Origin: Gammaproteobacteria bacterium
GTDB lineage: Bacteria; Pseudomonadota; Gammaproteobacteria; SZUA-229
NCBI GenBank assembly: GCA_015488885.1
Contig: WFMW01000028.1
Coordinates: 63-64,062, forward strand
Reading direction: 5' to 3'
DNA length: 64,000 nucleotides
The notes beneath the pieces were generated by a model that was not told the origin of the DNA, ran no database searches, and saw nothing but the letters and a program-made list of their open reading frames with translations. The translations under genes were made by a program, and so were the position numbers. Below are positions 44,079 to 56,000 of this stretch, piece by piece (the first letter of the stretch is position 1; each line of letters opens with the position of its first letter).

Positions 44079-44126
44079 GCTGTTTTAGTGATATTGAGGT
44101 AACAAAACAATTAACTGATAAAAAAG

Positions 44127-44140
44127 TTGATGCAGGTCAA
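44127..44140. promoter_or_regulatory. Second FNR/DNR-type box in the nirS-nnrS divergent region
   Basis: TTGAT-GCAG-GTCAA. Confidence 0.78.
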
Positions 44141-44336
44141 GGAAATGTGTTTTTGTTGCATGGATAGTTGTAGCGTAGATCACGATAACGATAGCTAATA
44201 AATAAAAAACCCCTGTTTTCTCTAAACTTCGTTAAAATAGACTAAATCTATTTTATATCGAGAAATATGAATGTTGTCGAAATCACAGACTGATCTGATA
44301 TTATCTGTAATAATTTATTGAGTTAGTATAAGAACT

Positions 44337-45530
44337 ATGCAAATTATGAATAACAAAACGGTTAAAATGATGCCATGGTTACAAAATGGCTTTAGAGTAT
44401 TTTTTCTTGGTGCAATAGTGTTTGCTATTGCTGCAATTACCCTCTGGGCCACTGAACTATCTTTTCACTGGCGTATACCACTTAAGCTTATTTCAAGGGC
44501 ACAATGGCATGGTCATGAAATGTTATTCGGCTATACCATCGCTGTTATCTCGGGTTTTCTGTTAACGGCAGTGCAAAACTGGACCGGACAGACTACAAAA
44601 AATGGTTCAGGTTTGTTACGCCTGTTTCTGTTCTGGCTAGTTGCGCGCTGTCTGGCTTTTTACCCTACTGAACAGACATTAATTTTTATTTTACTCAGCA
44701 GCTTGCTGTTTTATCTTTTTCTTATTACAGCTATTGTCCGCCCATTATTGAAAACCCATAATAATAAACAATGGGGAATAGTGAGCAAAGTAATGTTACT
44801 GGCTATACTCGATATTCTGTTTCTTTGTTCCGCCTGTGGATGGCTTCCAGCTGAATGGGCGAATACATTATTGTTACTGTCTGTTTATACTGTCGTTGGC
44901 CTGATTCTGGTCATGGGTGGGCGGGTGATTCCTGGATTCACCAGAAATGCTATTCGTGAAGCAGATAAAGTGAAGGACTGGCCGGTAATGACCTGGTTAT
45001 CCATGGTGATATATCTTGGTTTTGTCCTGGCAGATGTTTTCCACTGGCAAAACATACTGTTGCCAATAGCATTATTAATGGCAATATTGAACATCATTCG
45101 GCTATGGGGCTGGTATAATTATGAGATATGGAAAAAACCGCTGGTCTGGGTATTACATCTGGCGTTTGTTTTTATCACTCTGGGTATTGTGACGCGGGCT
45201 CTCAGTCAGCCGTTACAGCTTTTACCATTTTTATCCTTACACATGATGACGTATGGCGGCATCGGCTTAATGACTACCGGGATGATGGCAAGAGTGAGTC
45301 TGGGGCATACCGGACGTAGTGTATTTGAGCCACCGGAAGGTTTATCGTGGGTGTTTGTGCTGTTGGTAATCGGGGCTATCTTTCGTTCAGTAATACCCAT
45401 TTTCTGGATGGATTATTTCTTTCTATGGATACTAATTGCGGAAATTTTCTGGCTTGGTGCCTTTATTCTGATGCTGGTTTTTTATCTGATTCCATTAACT
45501 CAGTCGCGGCTTGATGGGCGTTTCGGATAA
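44337..45530 (+). CDS. nnrS: NnrS family NO-response membrane protein
   Basis: GFRVFFL, WHGHEMLFGY, GFLLTAVQNWTG, GGRVIPGFT, RVSLGHTGR. Confidence 0.93.
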   Translation: MQIMNNKTVKMMPWLQNGFRVFFLGAIVFAIAAITLWATELSFHWRIPLKLISRAQWHGHEMLFGYTIAVISGFLLTAVQNWTGQTTKNGSGLLRLFLFWLVARCLAFYPTEQTLIFILLSSLLFYLFLITAIVRPLLKTHNNKQWGIVSKVMLLAILDILFLCSACGWLPAEWANTLLLLSVYTVVGLILVMGGRVIPGFTRNAIREADKVKDWPVMTWLSMVIYLGFVLADVFHWQNILLPIALLMAILNIIRLWGWYNYEIWKKPLVWVLHLAFVFITLGIVTRALSQPLQLLPFLSLHMMTYGGIGLMTTGMMARVSLGHTGRSVFEPPEGLSWVFVLLVIGAIFRSVIPIFWMDYFFLWILIAEIFWLGAFILMLVFYLIPLTQSRLDGRFG

Positions 45531-45554
45531 CGTGTCAGAAGCATCTCCGAAACA

Positions 45555-45797
45555 ATGCCTGTAAAACAGAACAAAACGGTAACAGAAATAATCCTTGAAC
45601 ATGAACCTGTTGAACTGTATAAGATTTTAAAGTTTTCCGGTCTGCTTCCAAGTGGCGGTATTGCAAAAAAAGTTGTTGAGTATGGAGAAGTCAAGGTTAA
45701 TGGAAAAATTGAAACCCGGAAACGCAAAAAAATGATTGCGGGTGATATTATCGAATTTAACGGGCAACGATTGTCGCTCGGACGGGCTTCCGGCTGA
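45555..45797 (+). CDS. S4-domain RNA-binding protein (YbcJ/YaaA-like)
   Basis: ELYKILK, SGGIAK, VKVNGKIETRKRKK. Confidence 0.85.
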   Translation: MPVKQNKTVTEIILEHEPVELYKILKFSGLLPSGGIAKKVVEYGEVKVNGKIETRKRKKMIAGDIIEFNGQRLSLGRASG

Positions 45798-45882
45798 CCA
45801 GACAGGCAGCAACAAACAGTTGTAGATTGTTTGCAGAAGTCATTGTTTTTATAGTCTGTTTAGTGTTAAATTTAGTAGATAT

Positions 45883-47136
45883 ATGTCTACTAATTATCTT
45901 GCCTGCCCTGAATGTGATTTATTTATTGCATTACCAGTATTAGCGGCAGGTAATAAAGCCTGCTGTCCGCGCTGTCATTATATATTAACTGCCAGTCATT
46001 ATAATGCACTTGATCGAGTGATGGCTTTTGCTATCACAGCATTACTGTTTCTGCTTTTAGCCAGTTTTTTTCCCTTTCTGTCAATCAATGTACAGGGACA
46101 GGAACGTACGATCACGCTGTTACAAAGTATTTCAGTAATGGTTAGTCAGCATTTTCCTGTTCTCGCAGTTATAATTTTTATTCCAGTCATTCTGGGCCCT
46201 GCCATATATTTGCTATTGTCCATATATCTCTGTCTGTCATTAAAAGCCAGGTCATTATATCCTCATTCTATAACGGCAATGAAGTTTGTCAGTCATCTTC
46301 AGCACTGGAATATGGCAGAAATATTTTTAATTGGCATACTGGTAAGTTTTATCAAAATTATTTCTCTGGCAGAGGTGACACTGGGGCCATCATTCTGGGC
46401 TTATGTCTTATTTATTCCTGCAATGTCTGCAGTTTCAGTTAATATAGATAAATACCAGTTCTGGCAGTGGATAAAAATAAAGCAGGGTATGCCAGTTTTT
46501 AAACCTGTCTTATCGCCCGTGTCAGGAATAATCAACTTTAACAGTTGCCCCATGTGCGCCAGTATTATGCCATTATCCAGCACAAGCTGCGGCTTTTGCG
46601 GTACCCATGTGGATAAACGTGTTAAACACAGCATTCAGAAAACCTGGGCATGGTTGATAACAGCTGTTGTCCTGTATATCCCTGCCAATATACTGCCAAT
46701 TATGAAGGTGAAATATCTTGGCGAGGAAACAGCCAATACGATACTGGGCGGGGTTATTGTTTTATGGCAACATGGTTCTTATCCCGTTGCTTTAATTATA
46801 TTTATTGCCAGTGTACTGGTGCCCATCGGTAAAATATTAACCCTGGCGTGGCTTTGTTATAGTGTGCAAAATGGAAAAAACAGGTTTTGTAAACAGAAAA
46901 CCATCCTCTATCGACGTACTGAGCTGGTAGGGAGATGGTCTATGATAGATGTCTTTGTTGTCGTTGTACTGGTTGCCCTGATTCGCATGGGGACGGTGAT
47001 GAGCGTTTATCCCGGTCCGGGTGTACTGGCTTTCTGTGGACTGGTCATTGTGACGATGCTGGCGGCGATAAGTTTTGATTCGCGTTTAATCTGGGATCAT
47101 GGCGCCTGTGCAGAATATAATAAAGAGAACAGTTAA
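45883..47136 (+). CDS. pqiA: Intermembrane transport protein PqiA
   Basis: CPECD..CPRC, WNMAEIF, LYIPANILPIM, GRWSMIDVFVV. Confidence 0.92.
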   Translation: MSTNYLACPECDLFIALPVLAAGNKACCPRCHYILTASHYNALDRVMAFAITALLFLLLASFFPFLSINVQGQERTITLLQSISVMVSQHFPVLAVIIFIPVILGPAIYLLLSIYLCLSLKARSLYPHSITAMKFVSHLQHWNMAEIFLIGILVSFIKIISLAEVTLGPSFWAYVLFIPAMSAVSVNIDKYQFWQWIKIKQGMPVFKPVLSPVSGIINFNSCPMCASIMPLSSTSCGFCGTHVDKRVKHSIQKTWAWLITAVVLYIPANILPIMKVKYLGEETANTILGGVIVLWQHGSYPVALIIFIASVLVPIGKILTLAWLCYSVQNGKNRFCKQKTILYRRTELVGRWSMIDVFVVVVLVALIRMGTVMSVYPGPGVLAFCGLVIVTMLAAISFDSRLIWDHGACAEYNKENS

Positions 47137-48782
47137 TGCAAACAGAAGAAGAAATTGCGCAAAGTGAAACGGAAAAGATTAAATCTATTTCTATTATCTG
47201 GTTAATTCCTCTGCTTGCCTTATTAATTGGGGCATGGATGGTTTTTGTTCAACTTAGTAATCAAGGTGATCTGGTAACGATTACATTTAAAGATGCTAAA
47301 GGACTTGAAGCAGGTAAAACGACCATAAAGGTAAAAAATGTGCAGGTAGGGGTAGTAAAAAAAATTGAACTAAATGACCATCTCAATGGTGTTGTTGTGA
47401 CTGCACGGGTTCATAATAAGGATGATGATTTACTGGTAACAGGTAGTGAATTCTGGGTGGTTAGGCCAAAAATAGGCAAGGGAGGTATTACCGGTCTGAG
47501 TACACTGGTATCTGGTGCTTATATTGAGCTTTCACCAGGGAATTCTAAAACAATAAAATATACTTTTACTGGCCTGGAAAATGAACCACTAACTTCAAGT
47601 GGTACTCCCGGCTTGCATATTACTTTGTCTACGAACGGTGAACATGCATTACAGATTGGTGATGTTATCCTGTTTCATGGCATAAAAGCTGGCCGGATTG
47701 AATACGTATATTTTAATGCTGAAGAACGCACGGTTTATTACGATGCGTTTATTGAAAGCCCTTATGATAAATTGATTACCACCAATACAAAATTCTGGGC
47801 AATCAGGGGTATTGAAGTAAATCTTTCCGCAGAGGGTGTTCAAATAGAATCCGGCACTCTTGAAACTCTGATTTCCGGCGGTGTGACTTTTGATGTCCCC
47901 CCTGGCGTACCAGATGGTAAAGTCGTCACACAGCGAAAAGTATTTAAGGTTTTCCCAAATAAAAGTGCTATTAATGACAGCTTGTACGGGCAGGGAATGC
48001 AGTTTATTTTATTATTTAAAGATTCAATCCGGGGTTTAAAACCAGGTGCGCCAGTTGAGTTTCGAGGAATTAAAATTGGCAGGGTAAGTCGTACTGATCT
48101 TACCTACCCCAAAACAGGTCATTTGCTTGATCCAGATTCTTCTGTTCCTGTTATGATTACCATTGAGCCAAAACGCATTGGTTATAAAAATAATAATAAA
48201 GATATGAAACAGGCGAAAGAAGATATATTTAACCTGTTGAAAAAAGGCCTGTATGGTCGTCTGGTAACAGGAAGCTACCTTACTGGTAAAAAGTATATTA
48301 CTTTACAGTATGAAAAAAATCTGCAGCAGACAGTCCAGTATTTTAATGGCTACACCGTTATTCCGGTACAATCAGATCAACTGGATAAGCTGGTCAGGCA
48401 TTTTTCCCGTTTAATTGAAAAGATTAACCGCTTACCACTTAAAACGGTCGCCAATACTACCACTATTACCCTGCAACAGTTGACTGAAACATTGAAAGAT
48501 ATCGGCCAGACTTCCAGACAAATGCAGCCTTTATTAAAGCATGCAAACGATGAGAATCTGGTTGGTAATATTAATGCTGTATTAACCAATATAAAAAAAC
48601 TGACCGTTGATTTTTCTTCTGGCTCACCGACTAATGAAGCACTGATAAATACCCTTGGTGCTATGCAGGATGCACTGACAGAATTAAAACCTTTACTTAT
48701 ACAGTTAAATCAGAACCCCAGCAGTATTATTTTTGGCAACCAGAAAACACAGGATATTGAACCTGAAGGCAGGCAACAATGA
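47136..48782 (+). CDS. pqiB: MCE-domain protein PqiB
   Basis: IWLIPLLALLIG, GLEAGKT, FWVVRP, LSTLVSGAYI, GLKPGAPVEFRGI. Confidence 0.92.
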   Translation: MQTEEEIAQSETEKIKSISIIWLIPLLALLIGAWMVFVQLSNQGDLVTITFKDAKGLEAGKTTIKVKNVQVGVVKKIELNDHLNGVVVTARVHNKDDDLLVTGSEFWVVRPKIGKGGITGLSTLVSGAYIELSPGNSKTIKYTFTGLENEPLTSSGTPGLHITLSTNGEHALQIGDVILFHGIKAGRIEYVYFNAEERTVYYDAFIESPYDKLITTNTKFWAIRGIEVNLSAEGVQIESGTLETLISGGVTFDVPPGVPDGKVVTQRKVFKVFPNKSAINDSLYGQGMQFILLFKDSIRGLKPGAPVEFRGIKIGRVSRTDLTYPKTGHLLDPDSSVPVMITIEPKRIGYKNNNKDMKQAKEDIFNLLKKGLYGRLVTGSYLTGKKYITLQYEKNLQQTVQYFNGYTVIPVQSDQLDKLVRHFSRLIEKINRLPLKTVANTTTITLQQLTETLKDIGQTSRQMQPLLKHANDENLVGNINAVLTNIKKLTVDFSSGSPTNEALINTLGAMQDALTELKPLLIQLNQNPSSIIFGNQKTQDIEPEGRQQ

Positions 48783-49399
48783 AATGGTTAAAGCGTGCCA
48801 TCTGTAGTTTATCTATTGTGTTGTGTTCTGCCTGTGCAACAACGAGTGAACCAGTAAAGTATTATAGCCTCATCCTGGATGGTGAAAGTAACCGACCGGG
48901 TTTAATTCCTCCGTTGGCATCAGCCCGTGCCACAACAATAAAAAACATTATTATCGCCCCGATACACCTGACAAAATTTTTGCAGCAAGATGGAATAGTT
49001 ACCCAGATAGGTAGAAATGAAATAACGGTTGCTAATTATCACCGTTGGGCCGAACCATTGCATGAATCCATTGCTATTGTGCTGCAAAAAGATTTAAACA
49101 GTAAAGCCAGGCATTACCATTTTATTCGATTAATTAATAATACAAATGCCCATGCGAATTTTATTTTACGCATAGAAATGGATCAATTTTATATCCGCAA
49201 AAGTGGTGAGGTGGTGACCGGCGGGCACTACTGGTTGTTTAATAAAACAACCAGCCTCGTTCATGATCAGGCTTTTACTATTACTCAGCCATTAACTGCA
49301 CACGGTTATTCCAGCGCAGTGGAAAAACTCAAACAGTCGCTACAGCTATTAGCTGATAAAATACTTGCAGGATTAAAGGGTAGTACCGGGGAAGAATAG
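48779..49399 (+). CDS. pqiC: PqiC-family lipoprotein
   Basis: Lipobox LCSAC; HRWAEPL; follows pqiB. Confidence 0.85.
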   Translation: MKWLKRAICSLSIVLCSACATTSEPVKYYSLILDGESNRPGLIPPLASARATTIKNIIIAPIHLTKFLQQDGIVTQIGRNEITVANYHRWAEPLHESIAIVLQKDLNSKARHYHFIRLINNTNAHANFILRIEMDQFYIRKSGEVVTGGHYWLFNKTTSLVHDQAFTITQPLTAHGYSSAVEKLKQSLQLLADKILAGLKGSTGEE

Positions 49400-49637
49400 T
49401 ATCAGAGAGTTGCTCTGCCATTGTCTATAGAAAAAGGCAGGGCGATGCTGAACAAGTTATGTGCTGAACTACCATGCTTGTTCTATATAATAATTATATA
49501 TAAATAAGTGGTGTATATATGATAAGTGGTGCTCTTAAGGCTATTGATGACCATGATTGCGGTTATATGCTTAAATGTGTGGTCACCATTAAAAAGTAAC
49601 GTTGACAGGAGGGGTAAAAATATATCAAAGTGGCGAT

Positions 49638-51023
49638 ATGTTACATCTTGTCTGGGTTAGTTTACTGCATATTTCCAGTATTATCGGTGTGTTACTGGCT
49701 TTATTGCTAGTGTCACAGGTATTACGGAGTCCTCGTACGCCAGCAGCAAGTATGGGCTGGCTTTTTGTCATTATATTTTTTCCCATTATTGGCATCCCGC
49801 TATATCTGGTTTTTGGTGTACGTAAATTAAATGCACAGCTCAACCATAAAATAAAAATAGCCTTGCCATTCCAGAATAATGCTCATTATCATCCCTTGCA
49901 TTCACTGCTTGTTTCTCTTGGTATTCCGTCATCGTCTACCGAAAACAAAGTTAGTTTTCATGCTGATGGAAAAATTGCCTATGAGGAGTTAGTCGATATA
50001 CTGGAAGGCGCAAAGTTGAGTATAGACATTGCCATTTTCATATTTAATGACGACATGGTTGGCAGGTCATTGTTGTCGATATTACAGCATAAAGCCGAAC
50101 ATGGTGTTAAAGTACGCCTATTGCTTGACGGCGTAGGTTCATTTAAATTGCCACGGCGAGTAGTCCAGTCACTGGAAAAGTCTGGTGTCAACTGTGCATG
50201 GTTTATTCCTGTCATACATCGCCCCTTGCGCGGCAGAACTAATCTACGTAATCATCGCAAGATTGTCGTTGTAGATAACGAACGATTATGGACTGGCGGG
50301 CGCAATTTTTCCGCCAGGTATCTAGGCCCTGAATGCCCAACTGATTGCTGGATTGATCTGAGTTTTTCCCAAACCGGGTCTGCGGTTGCTATTTATGTTG
50401 CTATCTTTGAGGCTGACTGGGTTTTTGCTGCTGGCTCGCCGATGCCCCGACTGACTGATTCTGTTGCAACAGAAAGTTACGGGAACAGTCGTATACAGGT
50501 CGTTCCATCAGGGCCAGATGTTGACGGTGATCCAGTTTATGCTGCCATACTGACCGCCTGTTATGAAGCACGACAGCGCATTTTTATCGTTACACCTTAT
50601 TATATTCCCGATGCAGGCATACAGGAAGCACTCAGACTGGCTGCTTTGCGCGGGGTGGACGTTGAGCTGATTCTGCCGGCCAGATCCAATCATCGACTTG
50701 CGGATATTGCCCGGAACCGTTACCTGCGTGAACTGGTTGGAGCGGGGGTACAGGTACGGGTTATACCCGATATAATGGTGCATGCCAAAGCGTTTGTGTT
50801 TGATACCACGATTGCCATGTCGGGTTCGGCAAATATGGATATTCGCAGTCTGTTTCTCAATTGTGAGGTCATGAGCATATTTTATAGTGAGAAGGACATT
50901 GAATGGTTATTGCATTGGCAGCAACGATTACATGAGCGCTCAAACCGTTATCAACCACAGACTGTCGGTGCATTAAGAAACGTTCTCGAAGGACTGGTAT
51001 TGCTGGGTGCTTATGAGCTATAA
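49638..51023 (+). CDS. cls: Cardiolipin synthase / PLD superfamily
   Basis: Two N-terminal TM, NLRNHRKIVVVD and VHAKAFVFD HKD motifs, SGPD, TPYYIPD. Confidence 0.88.
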   Translation: MLHLVWVSLLHISSIIGVLLALLLVSQVLRSPRTPAASMGWLFVIIFFPIIGIPLYLVFGVRKLNAQLNHKIKIALPFQNNAHYHPLHSLLVSLGIPSSSTENKVSFHADGKIAYEELVDILEGAKLSIDIAIFIFNDDMVGRSLLSILQHKAEHGVKVRLLLDGVGSFKLPRRVVQSLEKSGVNCAWFIPVIHRPLRGRTNLRNHRKIVVVDNERLWTGGRNFSARYLGPECPTDCWIDLSFSQTGSAVAIYVAIFEADWVFAAGSPMPRLTDSVATESYGNSRIQVVPSGPDVDGDPVYAAILTACYEARQRIFIVTPYYIPDAGIQEALRLAALRGVDVELILPARSNHRLADIARNRYLRELVGAGVQVRVIPDIMVHAKAFVFDTTIAMSGSANMDIRSLFLNCEVMSIFYSEKDIEWLLHWQQRLHERSNRYQPQTVGALRNVLEGLVLLGAYEL

Positions 51024-51266
51024 AAATTACCCGATCATTTAACATAAACATCTAAAAAGGATTCCCCGGTAATGTGATAAGATTATTGTCTGTTATCCAG
51101 TTAAATCTAAATTAATCAGTTGATCGCCTATATGCATAGTTAGGTGTATGAAAAATTAGTAACAATACCATGTCCTTTATTTTGCTGCGCCAGCCAGAGG
51201 GGCAAAACCACTCTGAATGCTATTAAACTGATTAATTCAGGTTAAAAATTAATGAGAATTTGAATC

Positions 51267-51785
51267 ATGATAGACAAACCGATTGTTCCAGTAAAAATTG
51301 CTATTTTAACTGTCTCGGATACGCGTACCGAGGCGAACGATACCTCTGGGGATGCGCTGGTAGAACGCTTGCTCAGCACAGGTCATAAGCTTATTGAACG
51401 AACCATTGTTGCGGATGACCTGTATCAGCTTCGTGCTGTGGTGTCCCGCTGGATTGCTGACAAGGAAGTTGATGTGATTATTAGCACCGGTGGTACCGGC
51501 CTGACCGGACGGGATATTACACCGGAAGCGATTCAGCTATTATTTGACAAGGAAATAGAAGGCGTGGGTGAATTATTTCGTCAGGTATCCTATGAAGAGA
51601 TTGGTACTTCAACCATTGCCTCCCGTTGTATTGGCGGGGTTGCAAACGGTACTTTCATTTTCTGCCTGCCCGGTTCTACCGGTGCCTGCAAAACCGGCTG
51701 GGATAAAGTTATCGCGCCGCAGCTGGACTGTAATACCCGACCCTGCAATATTGTGGCTTTAATGCCGCGTCTGCTTGAAAAATAA
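51267..51785 (+). CDS. moaB: Molybdenum cofactor biosynthesis protein B
   Basis: LTVSDTR, STGGTGLTGRDITPEA, FCLPGSTGAC, RPCN. Confidence 0.95.
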   Translation: MIDKPIVPVKIAILTVSDTRTEANDTSGDALVERLLSTGHKLIERTIVADDLYQLRAVVSRWIADKEVDVIISTGGTGLTGRDITPEAIQLLFDKEIEGVGELFRQVSYEEIGTSTIASRCIGGVANGTFIFCLPGSTGACKTGWDKVIAPQLDCNTRPCNIVALMPRLLEK

Positions 51786-51817
51786 GCGAGTTAAAAAGTA
51801 AGCGAGGAAGAAGTGTC

Positions 51818-53059
51818 ATGCAAAGCAAGCCATCCATACCTGTTGACTGTTGTGCTTCACCCGGTCTGATATCAGTTGATGAGGCGATAAAATCTATGCT
51901 GGGAGCTGCCAGTGCCATCGTTGAAACCGAGAAGATAAAAATTGAAGATAGTCTGAACCGCATCCTGGCTGAGGATATTATCGCTACACTTAATGTTCCC
52001 GGTTACGATAATAGTGCTATGGATGGCTACGCCGTTCGTTGTGAGGATATTTCAGCCGGTGTTAGCCTGAATATATCACAGCGAATTCCTGCCGGTACTA
52101 CCGGCAAGCCGCTGGAACCAGGAACAGCAGCGCGTATCTTTACCGGTGCGCCAGTACCGCCGGGTGCCGATGCGGTGGTTATGCAGGAAAAATGTCATGC
52201 GGATAATGGCAGGGTAAGCATTAACACTGAAGTCAGGGCAGCCAGCAATATTCGTCGTGCCGGTGAAGACATTGCTGATGGCAGTACGGTTTTAAAAACC
52301 GGTCAACGCATTCGTCCGCAGGAAATGGGCTTGCTGGCATCAGTGGGCTGCGCTGAGTTTAAGGTTAAACGACAACTGAAAGTGGCGGTATTTTTTACCG
52401 GAGATGAAATTGTCAGCCCTGGCCAGCCATTACAGGCAGGACAGATTTATAACTCCAATCAATACACCATCACGGGTTTTCTGCAGGCATTAAATGTCGA
52501 AATTATTAATCTTGGCATGGTTGCTGATACCCTCGAAGATACCGTCAGGGTTTTACAGCAGGCAGCGTCAGCGGCTGACCTGGTTGTTACCAGCGGCGGC
52601 GTTTCAGTGGGTGAGGAAGATTACGTGCGTCTGGCACTGGAACAACTGGGCAAGCTTTCGATGTGGCGCATTGCCATGAAACCGGGTAAACCGGTGGCAT
52701 TCGGTAAAGTGGGTCAGGCTTTATTTCTGGGGCTGCCGGGCAATCCTGTTTCGGTATTTGTTACCGGCCTGTTGTTTGCCCGCCCGTTAATCCTGAAACT
52801 GCAGGGTGCCACACAGACAGCGGCACCAAAATTAATGGCGACTGCAAATTTTGACTGGCCGAGCGGTGGTCGGCAGGAATATCTGCGTGTGCGGATTGAT
52901 AATACGGGTAATGCCCCGGTAGCCTGTCTATACCCCCATCAGGGTTCAGGCGTGCTGAGTTCGGCAAGCTGGTCAGACGGGCTTGTTGAAGCAGCGGTCA
53001 ATCAGCCGATCAAGTCGGGTGATAAAGTCAGTTATATCCCTTTTCAGGGGCTGTTTTAA
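51818..53059 (+). CDS. moeA: Molybdopterin molybdotransferase
   Basis: NSAMDGYA, RIFTGAPVP, SGGVSVGEED, KPGKP, LPGNPVS, QGSGVLSS. Confidence 0.95.
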   Translation: MQSKPSIPVDCCASPGLISVDEAIKSMLGAASAIVETEKIKIEDSLNRILAEDIIATLNVPGYDNSAMDGYAVRCEDISAGVSLNISQRIPAGTTGKPLEPGTAARIFTGAPVPPGADAVVMQEKCHADNGRVSINTEVRAASNIRRAGEDIADGSTVLKTGQRIRPQEMGLLASVGCAEFKVKRQLKVAVFFTGDEIVSPGQPLQAGQIYNSNQYTITGFLQALNVEIINLGMVADTLEDTVRVLQQAASAADLVVTSGGVSVGEEDYVRLALEQLGKLSMWRIAMKPGKPVAFGKVGQALFLGLPGNPVSVFVTGLLFARPLILKLQGATQTAAPKLMATANFDWPSGGRQEYLRVRIDNTGNAPVACLYPHQGSGVLSSASWSDGLVEAAVNQPIKSGDKVSYIPFQGLF

Positions 53060-56000
53060 GGTCGCGCGGACGTTCCTGCCTGCTATGAAACAGCCGGTAG
53101 ACAACGGGAACCAGAATCAAGCTTACCAGCATTGAGAAACTCAATCCCCATACCACAACAAAGGCGAGAGGTTGTAACATCTCGGCACCTTCACCCAGTC
53201 CCAGCGCCAGCGGCAACATGCCAAAGACGGTGGTCAGGGTGGTCATTAAAATGGGGCGTAAGCGCAGTCTACCGGCCTGTTGAATAGCCTCGACAATACT
53301 CAGGCCGAATTCACGTTCAATTTCAATCTGCTCGACCAGCACAATGGCATTATTTACCACAATGCCAGTTAACATGATCAAGCCCAGCCACACCGGCATG
53401 GATAAGGGCATTGAAGTATTAAGCAGAAAACCACTGGCAACCCCGATCAGGGCAAAAGGAATACTGAGAATAATAATCAGCGGATTAAGTAACGATTCAT
53501 ATTGCACGGCCATCACCACCAATACCATAAACACCGCAAGTGCCAGTATCCATAAACTGTTGCGGCGACTTTCCTGCAAGGTTTTATTGCTGTTGTTATC
53601 GTATAACACGTAACCGTGTGGCAGGTTCAGGGCGCGAAGTTTTTGCATCGCCTGTTTAAGTACCTGCTGATGATTAACTGCCTTTTTATACGATGCGCTG
53701 ATTTCAACAATACGCTGTTGTTGATAGCGAATAATACGGCTGGGTGAAATACTGCGTTTCAGGGTGGCAATGTCACCAAGACGAACGGGGGAGCCGTTTT
53801 TTATCGTGACAATAATATTTTCCAGTGCCTCAATGGTATGCGTGGCAGATTTTTTCAGGCGCATGCGAATATCAAAACTTTTATCACCTTCAATATAATC
53901 GCTGATAATGTCGCCATCAAGGGCAATACGCAGGGCATGGCCAATTTCTTTACTGTCAATAGCATACTCTGACGCCCGCTGACGATTGATTTTTACCAGT
54001 AATTCTTCCTTAACTTCATCGTAGGACTGATTCAGGTTGCTCAAACCCGGCACTTTTTCCAGTAAGCGAACCGCTTTTTTACCCAGTCGGCGTAATGTTT
54101 GTAAATTATTACCCTGTATATGCAGGCTGATATCATCATCGTTATTACTGGTTCTAACACCACGCACACTGTTAACTTTGAGATAAAAACGAAACCCGGC
54201 CAGATTCAGCTGGTTAATTTTTTTTCTGGCCTGTTTTAACCATTGCTGTGTCGTGACAAAACGTTGTGAGCGTGGTAGCAGCTGAACTTTAATGGAACTG
54301 CGATTACTGTTCTGATATTCGGAACGCCCAAAAACAAAACCTCCTGCGGTAGTAAAAACCGTTTTAACATTGGCATCCGCCAGCAGCAGATTTTCAATTT
54401 TATCCACTGCACTATCCATCTCATCAAGTTCCATGCCGCTGTCACCGGTTATATAAATAGACACAATACCTTCATCAACAACTGGCAGATAAATGGCTTT
54501 AAGTTTAATAAAAGTCATCACCGAGATAAGCAGTAACAGACAGAAAATCAGCAGGGTGAAACCACTGTGTTTTAAACTCAGCTGGCTGATTTTCTTATAG
54601 CCTGTGGTTAATTTATGTAATATTCGTTTGACCAGCAGAGGTTCACGCTGGCATTTTTTTATTTGCGCACCCAGTGCGGGAACCAGCGTCAGCGCAACCA
54701 CCAGGGCAGCTGCCATGGCGGCGCTAAGGGTAATAATCAGATCCCTGAATAATAATCCGCTTAGACCACCAATAAACAGGAAAGGCAGCAGAGCGGCCAG
54801 ATTGGTTGTGGTTGAGGCAACAATCGGGCTATTGACTTCAGTCGCTGCATCAATAGCATCGGTATTTTTTAACTCTCCCTGTGCCTGATGTCGGCTGATG
54901 TTTTCCAGCATGACAATGGTGCTGTCAATAAGTAATCCGGTACCCAGAGCAAGCCCGCCCAGGGTCATAATGTTTAATGTCAGATGCATGGCATCCATTA
55001 ATATAAACGTTACCATGACACCAATCGGGATGGCTGAACCAATAATTAACGTGCGTTGAATACTGCCAAGAAAAATATAGATGACCAGCATTGCAAGCAG
55101 GGCACCACTGATAGCCGCATAGCTGGCATTGTTAATGGCATGACGGACAAAGGTAGACTGATCACCAACGATAGCAATATGTGTCGAGCGCGGGATAACC
55201 TTCTGCTGCTGTAGATAATGCAGTCGATGCCTGACTTCATCAACCACCGCCACGGTATTCGCCTGTGGCTGTTTCTGTATCGACATTTTAACGCCGGGTA
55301 TTTTATTTAACCTGATGCGCAGTTTTTCATCCTTATGGCCGTCAATAATGGTGGCAACATCCTTCAAATGGATATCATCACTATTATCGTTACCAGCTTG
55401 TGTTTTCCCGGTTAAGGTTAAAGGCAGGTTTCTCAGTTCCTCGAGTGATTGAAAACGCCCGGCAGTACGTGCGCCAAGTACCTGATGGCCGGTAAACATA
55501 CGCCCTCCCGGGACATCCATATTCCGGGTTTTGATCTGTTGTTCAAGTGACTGTAACGTAATGCCAACACTGGCAAGTTTTTCTTCATCGGGAAGAATTT
55601 CTATTTCACGTTGTAATCCACCCCCCACTTCTACTGAGGCAACTCCGGGTAAATTTAAAAACCATTTTGAGAAGGTATAATCCACCCAGCTGCGTAACTG
55701 AATCGGGTCAAGCGCAAAGCTGCTGACAACCAGTTCCAGTACCGCAATTTGCGCCGGGTCACGCTTGTAGATAACAGGCGGTTCATCACTGGTCGGCAGG
55801 AAACGTCTGGCGCGTTCGAGGCGGATACTGGCATCGCGTAATGCCGTGTCGATATCCGTGCCATAGGGAAAACTCAAATCAACCGCACTGCGTCCTTCGC
55901 TGGTTCTTGATTGTATCGCAGTTGCACCCTCGGTAATCGCCAGTTGTTCTTCGAGTTGACGGGTTACCTGATCTTCCATAATACTGGCCGGCACACCAGG

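Noticed and set aside
51110-51220. Moco riboswitch or ModE box upstream of moaB
   Set aside because: Small hairpins and ATCGCCTATAT are present but do not fit either consensus convincingly; a covariance-model search is needed
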